From assembly GCA_021731165.1 (NCBI GenBank), contig JAKFXY010000029.1, positions 9,291-73,290 on the forward strand: 64,000 nucleotides of DNA, written 5' to 3'. Positions 52,683 to 61,267 of the stretch are shown piece by piece (within the stretch, counting starts at the first letter, position 1; each line of letters begins with the position of its first letter). Origin of the DNA: Acidobacteriota bacterium (GTDB lineage: Bacteria > Acidobacteriota > Vicinamibacteria > Vicinamibacterales > UBA2999). Both the position numbers and the translations under genes were made by a program. Under the pieces are notes generated by a model. It was not told the origin of the DNA, searched no databases, and saw nothing but the letters and a program-made list of their open reading frames with translations.

Positions 52683-53873
52683 TCAGCCACGCGGTGCGCT
52701 GGCGCCTGCCCCTGCCCCGAGCTGCGCACCGAAGCTCCACGGGAGATTCGGTGCGACGACTCCTCCGCGCGTGTCGCGGCGAGTCGATCCGGGATCGAAC
52801 ACCTGGAAGGAGAGCGCGTGGTAGGCGACGAGCGGAAACTTCTCCGTGACGTTGCGGAAGATGATCGCGTCGATGCTCACTGAGTAGATGGTCTCGGCGA
52901 GCAGGTGTGGCGGGATGCGTAACGCCGCCACGTATTGCCCCGCGTGCGACACCGTGAATGTTTCCGACCGCACCAGGAACGCCAGCGTCCCCTGCGCGTA
53001 GAGGTGCAGGACGAATCGCACCGTCCGGTCGTCCTGATCGAGGCGAATGCCGACGTTGACGAGCACCTCATCCGCGGCCCTGACAGCGCCAACCTCGCGG
53101 CCATCCGCCGATGTCAACGTCACGAAGAGAATCTCGCCCTGTTCGTTCTTGTGGCTGCCGCTGCGCGTGTCCTTCAATCGCCGCCCGGTGAGCGACCACG
53201 CGGCGTTCTGGTAGTCGTTCACGATCTCGTCGGGCGAGCCGATCTTCACAATCTCGCCCGCATTGAGCCACAGCACGCGATCGCAGAGCCGGCTGATGGC
53301 CGCCATATCATGGGAGACGAACAGCACGCTCATCCCCGCCTGACCGGCCTGCTGGACGCGCTCCAGGCAGCGTTCCTGAAACTCGAGGTCCCCCACCGCC
53401 AGCACCTCATCGGCCAGCAGGATGTCGGGGTTCATGTTGATCGCGACGGAAAAGGCGAGCCGGATATACATCCCGCTCGAGTACCGCTTGACGGGGATGT
53501 CGATGAAGTCGCCGATGCCCGCGAACTCGATGATGTCCGCGACACGCGACTCGACGTCGCTGGCCGACACGCCGTACATGGCGCCGTTGAGGAAGATGTT
53601 CTCGCGGCCGGAGAGATCCTGCTGAAAGCCCGCCCCCAGCGCGAGCAGCGGCACGACTCGCCCGGAGCCGACGACCCGTCCCTCTGTCGGCGGCGTGACG
53701 CGTGACAGCACCCTCAAAAGCGTGGTCTTGCCCGCCCCGTTGGGCCCGATGATGCCGAGAATCTCCCCGCGCGGAACGGAGAACGTCACGTCGCGGAGCG
53801 CCCACAGCTCGCGCGGTTGCTTCTTGCCAATCAGGTACCGCTTGCTGAGACCGGTGACGGTGAGGATGTCCAT
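52683..53873 (-). CDS. wzt: ABC glycan exporter ATP-binding protein with a C-terminal extra (Wzt_C-like, putative carbohydrate-binding) domain
   Basis: Walker A GPNGAGKTT, signature YSSGMYIRLAF, Walker B ILLADEVLAVGD and H-loop VSHD. A ~150-aa beta-rich C-terminal extension follows. The start is the ATG at 53873 (MDILTV...) or the ATG at 53918. Confidence 0.85.
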   Translation of the reverse strand: MDILTVTGLSKRYLIGKKQPRELWALRDVTFSVPRGEILGIIGPNGAGKTTLLRVLSRVTPPTEGRVVGSGRVVPLLALGAGFQQDLSGRENIFLNGAMYGVSASDVESRVADIIEFAGIGDFIDIPVKRYSSGMYIRLAFSVAINMNPDILLADEVLAVGDLEFQERCLERVQQAGQAGMSVLFVSHDMAAISRLCDRVLWLNAGEIVKIGSPDEIVNDYQNAAWSLTGRRLKDTRSGSHKNEQGEILFVTLTSADGREVGAVRAADEVLVNVGIRLDQDDRTVRFVLHLYAQGTLAFLVRSETFTVSHAGQYVAALRIPPHLLAETIYSVSIDAIIFRNVTEKFPLVAYHALSFQVFDPGSTRRDTRGGVVAPNLPWSFGAQLGAGAGASAPRG

Positions 53874-53960
53874 GGAGGCGGGCGAGGCGCCAGCGGCGGC
53901 AGGTGGCACTCGGGGCATTGTAGCGGAAGCGGCCCTATCCGGCTCCTCCGCGGCGACACG

Positions 53961-53966
53961 TATAAT
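53961..53966 (+). promoter_or_regulatory. Perfect TATAAT -10 hexamer upstream of 54005..55898
   Basis: TATAAT at 53961-53966, ending 38 nt upstream of the ATG at 54005. No convincing -35 box. Sequence pattern only. Confidence 0.3.
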
Positions 53967-54004
53967 CCGTTGGTGGACTCACGCTCGCGTTGACGCATCG
54001 AGAG

Positions 54005-54895
54005 ATGCCTTCCGATTTCCACTCCATGCTCGCCAAGGCGTTTCGCGTTCGAGGCACCCGCGTGCGCCGCATCTACCACGATGCGAGGCGCGTCGAGCGT
54101 TTCTTCCGGGATGCGGACCGCCGAGCGGTTCGCGACCAGCTCCCCCCGTCGGATCTTCGCATCGCCGCTGACCGTGGATTCCTTGTCCTGCCGCCAGGCG
54201 CGTTCGTGGAAGCGGAGGCAATCGTCGCCGATGCACGCGAGGCGCTGGCACGATTCAACGCCGCGGCACCGCCGCAGGGAAAGAACCGCAAGCGTTTCCT
54301 CCAGAATGTGCTCGATCCCTCGACGCTCACGCTCGACTCCGCCGTGGTCCGGCTCGCGCTGCGCGAGGACCTGCTGTCGGCCGTCACGACCTATCTCCGC
54401 ATCGTGCCCTTCCTCACCTCGATTCAGGTGTTTCACTCGGACGTCGTGGACGATGTGCCGACCAGCAGCCAGCTCTATCACTGCGATGGCGACGACGTGA
54501 CACAGGTGAAGGTGTTTGTCTACTGCAGCGATGTCGATCAGGCGTCGGGCCCCCTCACCGTCCTCGACGCAGCCTCGACGAGCACGGTGCAGCGCTGGAC
54601 GCGCTATCGGTATCGGCAGAGAATCACCGACGATCAAGTCCGGGACGTGGCGGGTGCGGGCGACAGCCAGCCAGTGCTCGGACCGGCGGGTACGACCGTG
54701 CTCGTCGATACCAGCCGTTGCTTCCATTTCGGGTCGCGGGTCGCTCCCGGTGCGGCCGCGCGCCTGGTGACGATGATCCAGTACCAGACGCCGTACTCCT
54801 TCATGCTCCCGACATCCGCCCAGTCGGCGCTGCCATTCCGGCGCCTCATCACACCCCGGCTCGCGCTCCTGCATCGTCAAGTGCTGGGCGAATAG
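54005..54895 (+). CDS. PhyH-like Fe(II)/2OG oxygenase-fold protein (tentative)
   Basis: I prefer the ATG at 54005 over the TTG at 53990. QLYHCDGDD provides HxD, ASGPLTVLD follows, and the distal His lies in TSRCFHFGS. Confidence 0.4.
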   Translation: MPSDFHSMLAKAFRVRGTRVRRIYHDARRVERFFRDADRRAVRDQLPPSDLRIAADRGFLVLPPGAFVEAEAIVADAREALARFNAAAPPQGKNRKRFLQNVLDPSTLTLDSAVVRLALREDLLSAVTTYLRIVPFLTSIQVFHSDVVDDVPTSSQLYHCDGDDVTQVKVFVYCSDVDQASGPLTVLDAASTSTVQRWTRYRYRQRITDDQVRDVAGAGDSQPVLGPAGTTVLVDTSRCFHFGSRVAPGAAARLVTMIQYQTPYSFMLPTSAQSALPFRRLITPRLALLHRQVLGE

Positions 54896-54902
54896 GGCCA
54901 GG

Positions 54903-55898
54903 ATGATGTGGAAGCGCCCGGCATTCTGGCTGACGCTCCAGGTCGGCGTCACCCTGGCGCTGCTCGTCCTGCTGTTCGAGACATTCGACTGGCGCGCGTT
55001 TGGCGTGCTGTTCGCGCGTCTTCCGGTGTCCGCCTATCTGGCGTCGCTCCTCGTCGTGCTCGCCGGCCAGCTGTTGTACGCGTGGCGGTGGCGAATGGTG
55101 CTGCGCGCCGGGAACGTACCCGTTCGTTTCCGGGAGGTGTTTTCCCAATACCTCATCGGCATGTTCGTCGGCAACTTCCTCCCTTCGACAGTTGGTGGCG
55201 ACGTCGCGAAGGTCTATCTGCTGGGCCGTAATCACGGGTACGGACCGATTACCGCGTCGGTGGTTCTCGATCGCATGTTCGGATTCGGCCTGGCCGCGAT
55301 GCTGGCGGCCTGCGCCCTCGTCATGGCCGCGCCCACCGCGCCGATGCTGAGGCTGGTACGGACCGTCCTGGTCCTTGTCGCCGCTGCGACGGTGCTCGGC
55401 TCGGGCGTCGCGTTGGCTGGAACCGGTGGGCTGGCTAGACGTGTGGCGCGATTCGGGCCTCGCGTGACCGGGTGGGCCGATGCGTTGCAGCGCTTCCGGC
55501 TGTCGGTGCTGACCGCCGTGCGGAGTCCGCGCGTGCTCCTCCACGCGGTCGGCACTGTCGTCGTGTACTTCGTGCTGCTGTCGCTCGTCTATCGCCTGCT
55601 CATCGTCATCATGTGCGGCCGCCAGCTCGGGCTGCTTGAGACGCTCATGGTCGTGACGAGCGTGTCGGTGATGAGCAATCTCCCCATCTCGCTCAACGGC
55701 CTCGGGGTTCGCGAGCAGCTGCACGTCGTGCTCTTTGAACCGCTCGGCGTCCCGAAGGAAGTCTCCGTGGCGGTCTCGCTGCTGCTGTTCAGCCACACGC
55801 TTCTCATCAGCGTTGTCGGTGGAGCTCTCTGGATGCGCTCGTCGCGCGCGCGTACACCGCTGTCACCTCCACGAGACACGGAGGCGCAGCCGCCTTAG
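54903..55898 (+). CDS. UPF0104 / lysyl-PG-synthase-TM-like (flippase-like) membrane protein
   Basis: 331 aa. The hallmark ...YAWRWRMVL...FSQYLIGMFVGNFLPSTVGGDVAKVYLL is present, with ~8 hydrophobic helices. Confidence 0.7.
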   Translation: MMWKRPAFWLTLQVGVTLALLVLLFETFDWRAFGVLFARLPVSAYLASLLVVLAGQLLYAWRWRMVLRAGNVPVRFREVFSQYLIGMFVGNFLPSTVGGDVAKVYLLGRNHGYGPITASVVLDRMFGFGLAAMLAACALVMAAPTAPMLRLVRTVLVLVAAATVLGSGVALAGTGGLARRVARFGPRVTGWADALQRFRLSVLTAVRSPRVLLHAVGTVVVYFVLLSLVYRLLIVIMCGRQLGLLETLMVVTSVSVMSNLPISLNGLGVREQLHVVLFEPLGVPKEVSVAVSLLLFSHTLLISVVGGALWMRSSRARTPLSPPRDTEAQPP

Positions 55899-58800
55899 AT
55901 GAATTTGATCCGGCGCGCGGCGACGAGTGTCATGCGAAGGAGCAGCCACCCGTGCGACCAGCGGCGGATGTTGGTCGTGCCGTAGGTCCTCTCCCGATAA
56001 CGGATCGGCAGCTCGACGATCCGGAGGCCGAGCTTCGACGCGCCAAAGAGCAGATCGAAGTCGCCGAACGGGTCGAAGTCGCCGAAGTAGAGTCGGTTGC
56101 GTGCGATCCGCTCGTAGTGCGTCTTGCTCAACGCCTTGGTGCCGCAGAGCGTGTCCTTCATCGGCTGTCCGAGCAGGAACGAGAACGCGAGCGCGAAGAA
56201 TTTATTGCCGAGAATATTGGCGAACTGCATCGCCTCGCGTTCCATCGGATACACGAGCCGGCTGCCGTTGACGAACTCTCCGGTTCCTGACGTAAGGACG
56301 CGATAGAACTTCGGGAGGTCCTCGGGGGGAACGGTGAGATCCGCGTCGAGAATCATCAGGAGGTCCCTGCGAGCCGCGTCGAAGCCGGCTCGCACAGCGT
56401 CTCCTTTGCCCCGGCCTGACTGCCGTAGTGCCACTATCCGACGGCTCGGGTTCTGGAGAACGGCAGCCTGAATCGCTTCCCACGTGCCGTCGCTCGAGTG
56501 CCCTTCCACGAAGATGAGCTCATCGTCCGGTCCCATCTGCGGGACTCGCCGGATGATCTCCGCGATATTGCCGCGCTCGTTCCGGGCTGGCACGATGACC
56601 GAGACCGAGAGGGCACCGTCGCTCGGTCGAGGGGATGGGCGCGCGACCGCGAGGTTCAACAGCGCGAACCATCGCACGACCGGCAACGGGGCCAGCCAGC
56701 GATTCACAAGCGTGCTGACGAGCGGCACGTAGACCGGCAACAACACGTGCTGCGACTGGGAGATGAGCTCGTAGCCTGACAGCCGAAGCAGGTTTTCGAC
56801 GTCCGACGGTGAAACCCAGTTGTGTTCGGGCTCGGTCGTCGCCAAACCGAGGCGGCGACCCAGCGCGACGAGGGGCCGCCACAGGCTGTTGTAGTACACG
56901 ATCAGCAGCCGGGTGTCGGCCACGCTGGCGTTGCGTACCCGTTCGAGCACGGCCTGGATGTCCGGCGATTCGTGCACCGTGCCGTTGAGAATGATCCGGT
57001 CAGGCTCGAAGCGGCGCAGCTCGCTCCAGCCGATGACCTTGCCGTCGGCGGGATCGGCGGCGGACTCGTCCTGCGGCAGGATCCGCAGTCCGCTTCGGCC
57101 AAGTGCCTCGCGCAACAAGGTCGATCGCGGTGCGAGCTCCACGATGCGGGCTTGCTCCGGCAGGTGATACCCGATGTAACGCGCCAGCAAGGCGTAGAAG
57201 TAGTCGCGCGGCGTTCGCCGGCGAAGCATGGTTCCCACTGACAGCACTCCGGATGCGACGGCGATGGTGATCCACGCCAGCCAGGTTGCGATAATGCGGC
57301 CGGCCGGTCGGAACGCGAGGTCTACGCTGGACGCTCCGGCCGGCACCGGCACGGCGATGAGTCCGCCAAGCGCAGCGGTTACCGGGACGTACCGGTTGTC
57401 GGCCGTGGCTCGCCATCCGGGTCGGAACATCTCCGTGAGGAGCAACCATCGGGCTCGCGTCGGATCAGACGCGAACCTAGCGTGAAGTGTGCCGTGCCGG
57501 CGCGTCAGATGGACATCCACGCTCTGGACCGCCTGCAGCACCGGCCCGAAGTCACGACAGAGCAAGCCGGCTTCGCGACATCCCGCGAGCGGCGACAACT
57601 CGTCATCGACGATGCCATCGGAGACGAAGGCGGCCCCTGGCCACACGTCGGGGTTGCGAAGCACGCGAAGGTCTCCGCTCTCGTACGTCGTAATTCGATT
57701 CACTTCCTGGAGTTGCGACGACACGGCTTCCCCAGGGACCGCAAGTACCACGCTGATGCCGAGCACAGTCAGCAGGGGAGCACTCGAGACCGTCGCCGGG
57801 TTGCCGCGGATCTGGCCGTAGGGCAGGATGCCGCTTGGATACATCGGATCCACCGAGACGCCCTTGAACGAGCCGTTGACGATGGGCAGGTCGCGGTAGG
57901 CCCAGGTCGTCCGCCACAGACCATCGATGAACAGGCGGTCTCTTGTCGCCAGGTCGTCGGCCCCAGGCGAGAGGTACCAGCGCCCCGGGTACTGTTCCGC
58001 CATCGCGCGAAGCGAGCGCGTCACCGGCGTGTCCCTGATCGCGGCGTGCGCGACGTTCTGGGAGCCGGCCGCCTTTCGAACGAACGGCCAGGAGGCGCCG
58101 AAGAGGACAAGCACCTGCAGCACGGCCACAACCGCTGCGACCCGGGGACGCCGTCCTTCGAGCGCCTGCCACGCGGTGGCGCCGAGCACGATGCCGAAGA
58201 GAACCAGGGAATCGCGGAAGAGATACGTCGCGGCAAGTAGTCGAATGCCGTCGAGGTCCGGCAGCGCCAGCAAGCCAAGCGCGGACAGGAACGCGAATGC
58301 GATTCCCCGTCGATAGCGAGGCACCTGAATGAGGCCGAACACTCCGCAGAGCGAGAGCACAAACATCGGACCGCCGTAGAAGGGCACGCGCGTGCCGCGC
58401 GAGAGGACGGCGTCGTACATTTGTACAGGCGAGCCCAGCGAGAGTGGGCGCAGGAACAGATCCCAGGCATGCGCAAGGCCAATCGTTTCCGGGTTCGCCA
58501 CGCGAGGGAGTCGCGGAAATCGCCCGACCTCGATGATCAGCTGCAGCAGCGTCGGTCCGGCGACGAGCGCACCTATTCCTACCGCCAGCATCAACGCAGG
58601 CCACAGGCGCCAGGCCTTGCGAGGGTGAGCGGCGAACATGACCGCCAGCGGGATGAAGAACACCGGAACGTATCCCGCATGACCGTTCGCCCACATGAGG
58701 CCTGCCGTCAGGCCGAAGCCAAGCGCGGACATCCAGGGCTGGCGTCCGTTGGGCGCCTCGATCACGCGCAGTGCGGCCAGCAGGAGGAACGGCGCCAGCG

Positions 58801-59251
58801 ACCAGATGACGAACTCCGCCGGCCAGAAGTCGGTCAGGAGATAGTTCTGCGACGGCGCCGACAGGGCCCACGTGGCCGAACCGAGGGCCGCGGCCCAGGG
58901 CCCGCCGCCGGCGGTTCGTACCAGCCACCAGCATCCACCCGCGCCGAGCACGGCGTGAAACACATACAGCACGAATGAGGCGACGTCTGCCGGCATCAGC
59001 GCGAAGAGCAGCACGAGCGGATGGAAGATCGGTGCCGGGCTGAGGGGATGGGGGAGTCCGAAGGCCAATGACGAAGTCCAGTAGGGATACACGCCATCGA
59101 CGAGGGCCCGCGCGTGGAGCATCGTCGTCAGAATCGCATTGCGAAACTCTTCCTCGTCTGGGTGGGTTCCACGAAGCGCGGCGCTGAGGAGGAAGAGCAA
59201 CGAGGCGGCCACGAGGGCGACCGGCGCCGACCGCGAGACCAGACGTGACAT
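55895..59251 (-). CDS. Triple-domain fusion: YfhO-family polytopic membrane domain + class I methyltransferase-like domain + GT2 (DPM1/ALG5/CsbB-like) domain
   Basis: 1118 aa. Residues 1-~680 (nt ~57209-59251) are polytopic with the YfhO-type C-terminal signature MFRPGWRATADN...VPAGASSVDLAF and a final TM helix. Residues ~682-880 (nt ~56612-57208) are MTase-like. The last 238 aa (nt 55898-56611) are GT2: VSVIVPARNE, LIFVEGHSSDGT, LMILDADLT. Confidence 0.7.
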   Translation of the reverse strand: MSRLVSRSAPVALVAASLLFLLSAALRGTHPDEEEFRNAILTTMLHARALVDGVYPYWTSSLAFGLPHPLSPAPIFHPLVLLFALMPADVASFVLYVFHAVLGAGGCWWLVRTAGGGPWAAALGSATWALSAPSQNYLLTDFWPAEFVIWSLAPFLLLAALRVIEAPNGRQPWMSALGFGLTAGLMWANGHAGYVPVFFIPLAVMFAAHPRKAWRLWPALMLAVGIGALVAGPTLLQLIIEVGRFPRLPRVANPETIGLAHAWDLFLRPLSLGSPVQMYDAVLSRGTRVPFYGGPMFVLSLCGVFGLIQVPRYRRGIAFAFLSALGLLALPDLDGIRLLAATYLFRDSLVLFGIVLGATAWQALEGRRPRVAAVVAVLQVLVLFGASWPFVRKAAGSQNVAHAAIRDTPVTRSLRAMAEQYPGRWYLSPGADDLATRDRLFIDGLWRTTWAYRDLPIVNGSFKGVSVDPMYPSGILPYGQIRGNPATVSSAPLLTVLGISVVLAVPGEAVSSQLQEVNRITTYESGDLRVLRNPDVWPGAAFVSDGIVDDELSPLAGCREAGLLCRDFGPVLQAVQSVDVHLTRRHGTLHARFASDPTRARWLLLTEMFRPGWRATADNRYVPVTAALGGLIAVPVPAGASSVDLAFRPAGRIIATWLAWITIAVASGVLSVGTMLRRRTPRDYFYALLARYIGYHLPEQARIVELAPRSTLLREALGRSGLRILPQDESAADPADGKVIGWSELRRFEPDRIILNGTVHESPDIQAVLERVRNASVADTRLLIVYYNSLWRPLVALGRRLGLATTEPEHNWVSPSDVENLLRLSGYELISQSQHVLLPVYVPLVSTLVNRWLAPLPVVRWFALLNLAVARPSPRPSDGALSVSVIVPARNERGNIAEIIRRVPQMGPDDELIFVEGHSSDGTWEAIQAAVLQNPSRRIVALRQSGRGKGDAVRAGFDAARRDLLMILDADLTVPPEDLPKFYRVLTSGTGEFVNGSRLVYPMEREAMQFANILGNKFFALAFSFLLGQPMKDTLCGTKALSKTHYERIARNRLYFGDFDPFGDFDLLFGASKLGLRIVELPIRYRERTYGTTNIRRWSHGWLLLRMTLVAARRIKFI

Positions 59252-59253
59252 GT

Positions 59254-60126
59254 TCAGACTTGCCGACGTGTCCGCTCCCGTGGGAGCGCCAGAACGTTGA
59301 TCGATCCGCCTGGAGGAATCGCTTGCGCCAGCACGTGCGCATCGGTGCCGAGCTTCTGCAGCGAGCGCTCGTCGAGCAGTTGGTAGCGAGCCTCATCAAG
59401 GAGTTGCAGCAGCGCGGCGAGCGAAGCACCCCGTTCCTCCAGCGCGTAGGGACACAACTCGAGGACGAGCGCCGGACGCAGATCCCGAAGCGTCTTCCGG
59501 CCGCCTTGGAGCGCGGCGACCTCGCCGCCATCGATGTCCAGTTTGACCACGTCGACTCGAGAGGGCGTGTCACGGGCGACGAGATCGTCAAGTGTGATGC
59601 CGAAGGCGCCGCTCGTGCTCTGTCGCACGCCGCGATGAACGGCATGTCCGATCGCAGTGCCGGCGACTGGCCACGATGAGTACAGCTCCGCAGGCGGGAT
59701 GTCGTTGCCGGCGAGGACCGCTGCCTGGTGCGCCGTGACAACGGGGGCGAGATCGGGATTCAACTCCAGGTTTCGGCGAAGCGCGGCGAACGCGCTCGCG
59801 GTCGGCTCGATGGCAATCACCCGGCCTTCCGCGCCGACCCGGCGAGCCATGGGCAACGCGTGCGCACCGATGTTGGCGCCGATGTCGATGGCGACGCCGC
59901 CGGCCGGGAGCACTCGTCGTAGCGCCCGCGCAGTACGACGTTCAAAGGCCCCGAACGCATAGATAGCCAGGGGGATGCCATCGCGAAGGTCGAGCGACCA
60001 CAGGACACCCTGTCGGCGACAGACGACGGTATCTGACGAGCGTCCGGAGAGGCGGCGGACTGCGCGAATGACGCGATACATCCCCCCGGCGATCCCAATC
60101 TTCGTGGCTGTTGACAGGCGAAGCAT
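59254..60126 (-). CDS. FkbM-family methyltransferase
   Basis: ORF 59254..60207. I prefer the ATG at 60126, 12 nt after the upstream stop. AIDIGANIGAHALPMARRVGAEGRVIAIEPTASAFAALRRNLELN and VKLDIDGGEVAAL are present. Confidence 0.75.
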   Translation of the reverse strand: MLRLSTATKIGIAGGMYRVIRAVRRLSGRSSDTVVCRRQGVLWSLDLRDGIPLAIYAFGAFERRTARALRRVLPAGGVAIDIGANIGAHALPMARRVGAEGRVIAIEPTASAFAALRRNLELNPDLAPVVTAHQAAVLAGNDIPPAELYSSWPVAGTAIGHAVHRGVRQSTSGAFGITLDDLVARDTPSRVDVVKLDIDGGEVAALQGGRKTLRDLRPALVLELCPYALEERGASLAALLQLLDEARYQLLDERSLQKLGTDAHVLAQAIPPGGSINVLALPRERTRRQV

Positions 60127-60137
60127 CTCGGTGGGAG

Positions 60138-61022
60138 TCAGCGACTGACGGCAGACGTCCTGCGAGTCAGCACGATCAACGCAAACATCGACCATGTCTC
60201 GGGCCATCGGCGCAGGGAGCGGTCAACCCATCGCCACACCGGCAGCGTGGCGCCGGGAGCGAGGCTGCGCAGCGACATGCCGCCAGAAACGATATAGCGG
60301 AACGACGGCGCCGGGCGAATCGCGGTCACCTGCCACTCGGGAAACTCCTCGGCGAAGATCGCCGCGTCGCGGTGGAAGATGACCCAGGGCAGCGCGAGAT
60401 TGGCGCCCGAGAGCGGTCCCGTGGACTCGAACTCCCAGGTCGGCGTCGCCGGCTCATACGGCTCATGGTGAAACCGTCCGTAGATCCATCTTGACCATGT
60501 CGAGAGCCAGGGTTCGATCATCACCACGACCCCACCCGCTCTCACGCAGCGCGCCAGGTCCGTGAACATCGAGCGCGGCCGGGGCACGTGGTGGAGAACG
60601 TCGGTCATGACAATCGCTTTCATCGCTCCGTCCACGAAGGGGAGCGCGGCACCGTCGGCAAGCAGGTCGACGCCTGGTGCGGGCATGAGATCCGACGTGA
60701 TGGCGTTCGGGATTCGCTCGGTGAGGAAACCGGCCCCGGCCCCGAGTTCCAGAATGCGTCCGGGGCCGGGTGGAATCTCGGCCGCCAGCTCGTCGTACCA
60801 CTGGCGGTACACGTCAAGGAGGAGCGCCTTGGTCCGGATGATATTGACGCGGGAGCTGGCGATGGCCGGGTCGTCAAGGTCGAGCGCTTGGCTCCGAGGG
60901 TCTCTCAGCCAACCCGAAACAGGTGCGGTCACGTGGAGCGTATTCTCGCCCGCTTTCGCCTGTCTGTCGCTCCAAAAGCACGGTGCCGCGGGCGTGGTTC
61001 TGCGTTGACCGGATCGCGCCAA
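60138..61022 (-). CDS. Class I SAM-dependent methyltransferase
   Basis: Motif I ILELGAGAGFLTE, then AIVMTDVLHHVPRPRSMF...GGVVVMIEP. The track start at 61022 is a TTG. A GTG at 60932 is an alternative, so the 5' end is uncertain. Confidence 0.7.
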   Translation of the reverse strand: MARSGQRRTTPAAPCFWSDRQAKAGENTLHVTAPVSGWLRDPRSQALDLDDPAIASSRVNIIRTKALLLDVYRQWYDELAAEIPPGPGRILELGAGAGFLTERIPNAITSDLMPAPGVDLLADGAALPFVDGAMKAIVMTDVLHHVPRPRSMFTDLARCVRAGGVVVMIEPWLSTWSRWIYGRFHHEPYEPATPTWEFESTGPLSGANLALPWVIFHRDAAIFAEEFPEWQVTAIRPAPSFRYIVSGGMSLRSLAPGATLPVWRWVDRSLRRWPETWSMFALIVLTRRTSAVSR

Positions 61023-61267
61023 ATGGCCTAAAATCTAGCGGTTGTCGCGCCTCAAGCCGACCAATTGCCCTCCGGTTTCAACGGCAGGATCCGTCAGCAG
61101 TCCCGGCCCAGTTCCCTTGGCATAACGAGCAGCGCCAGCTCCAGCATGGAGCCCGGCGAGGCCTGCCAAGGGCACACTCAGACGCCCGGGACATGAGGCG
61201 CCGTACGCCTGTGGTGTAGGTGAGAGGGCGGGAGCTTGTACACCAGCCAGAATCCTCTCAGCAATCC

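Noticed and set aside
53874-53918. 15-codon N-terminal extension of wzt (ATG at 53918). Similar extensions in the ORF track occur at 1755..2273, 8906..9070, 11040..11654, 19872..20030, 20761..20895, 21007..21579, 23011..23193, 27594..27713, 34403..34654 and 43201..43257.
   Set aside because: The extensions are Arg/Gly/Pro-rich and overlap upstream genes or the divergent gap. They also precede canonical family N-termini (for example MCGIAG and MDILTV..GLSKRY). For wzt the longer start cannot be fully excluded.
57603-59741. 712-aa minus-strand ORF in another frame over the fusion gene and the FkbM gene. Similar long shadow ORFs occur at 76..1077, 1824..3047, 7486..8847, 24722..26308, 27937..29472, 35342..36469, 41683..43158 and 46748..47932.
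   Set aside because: All have Arg/Pro/Gly/Ala-dominated translations without motifs. Each is nested in or antisense to ORFs with clear family signatures.
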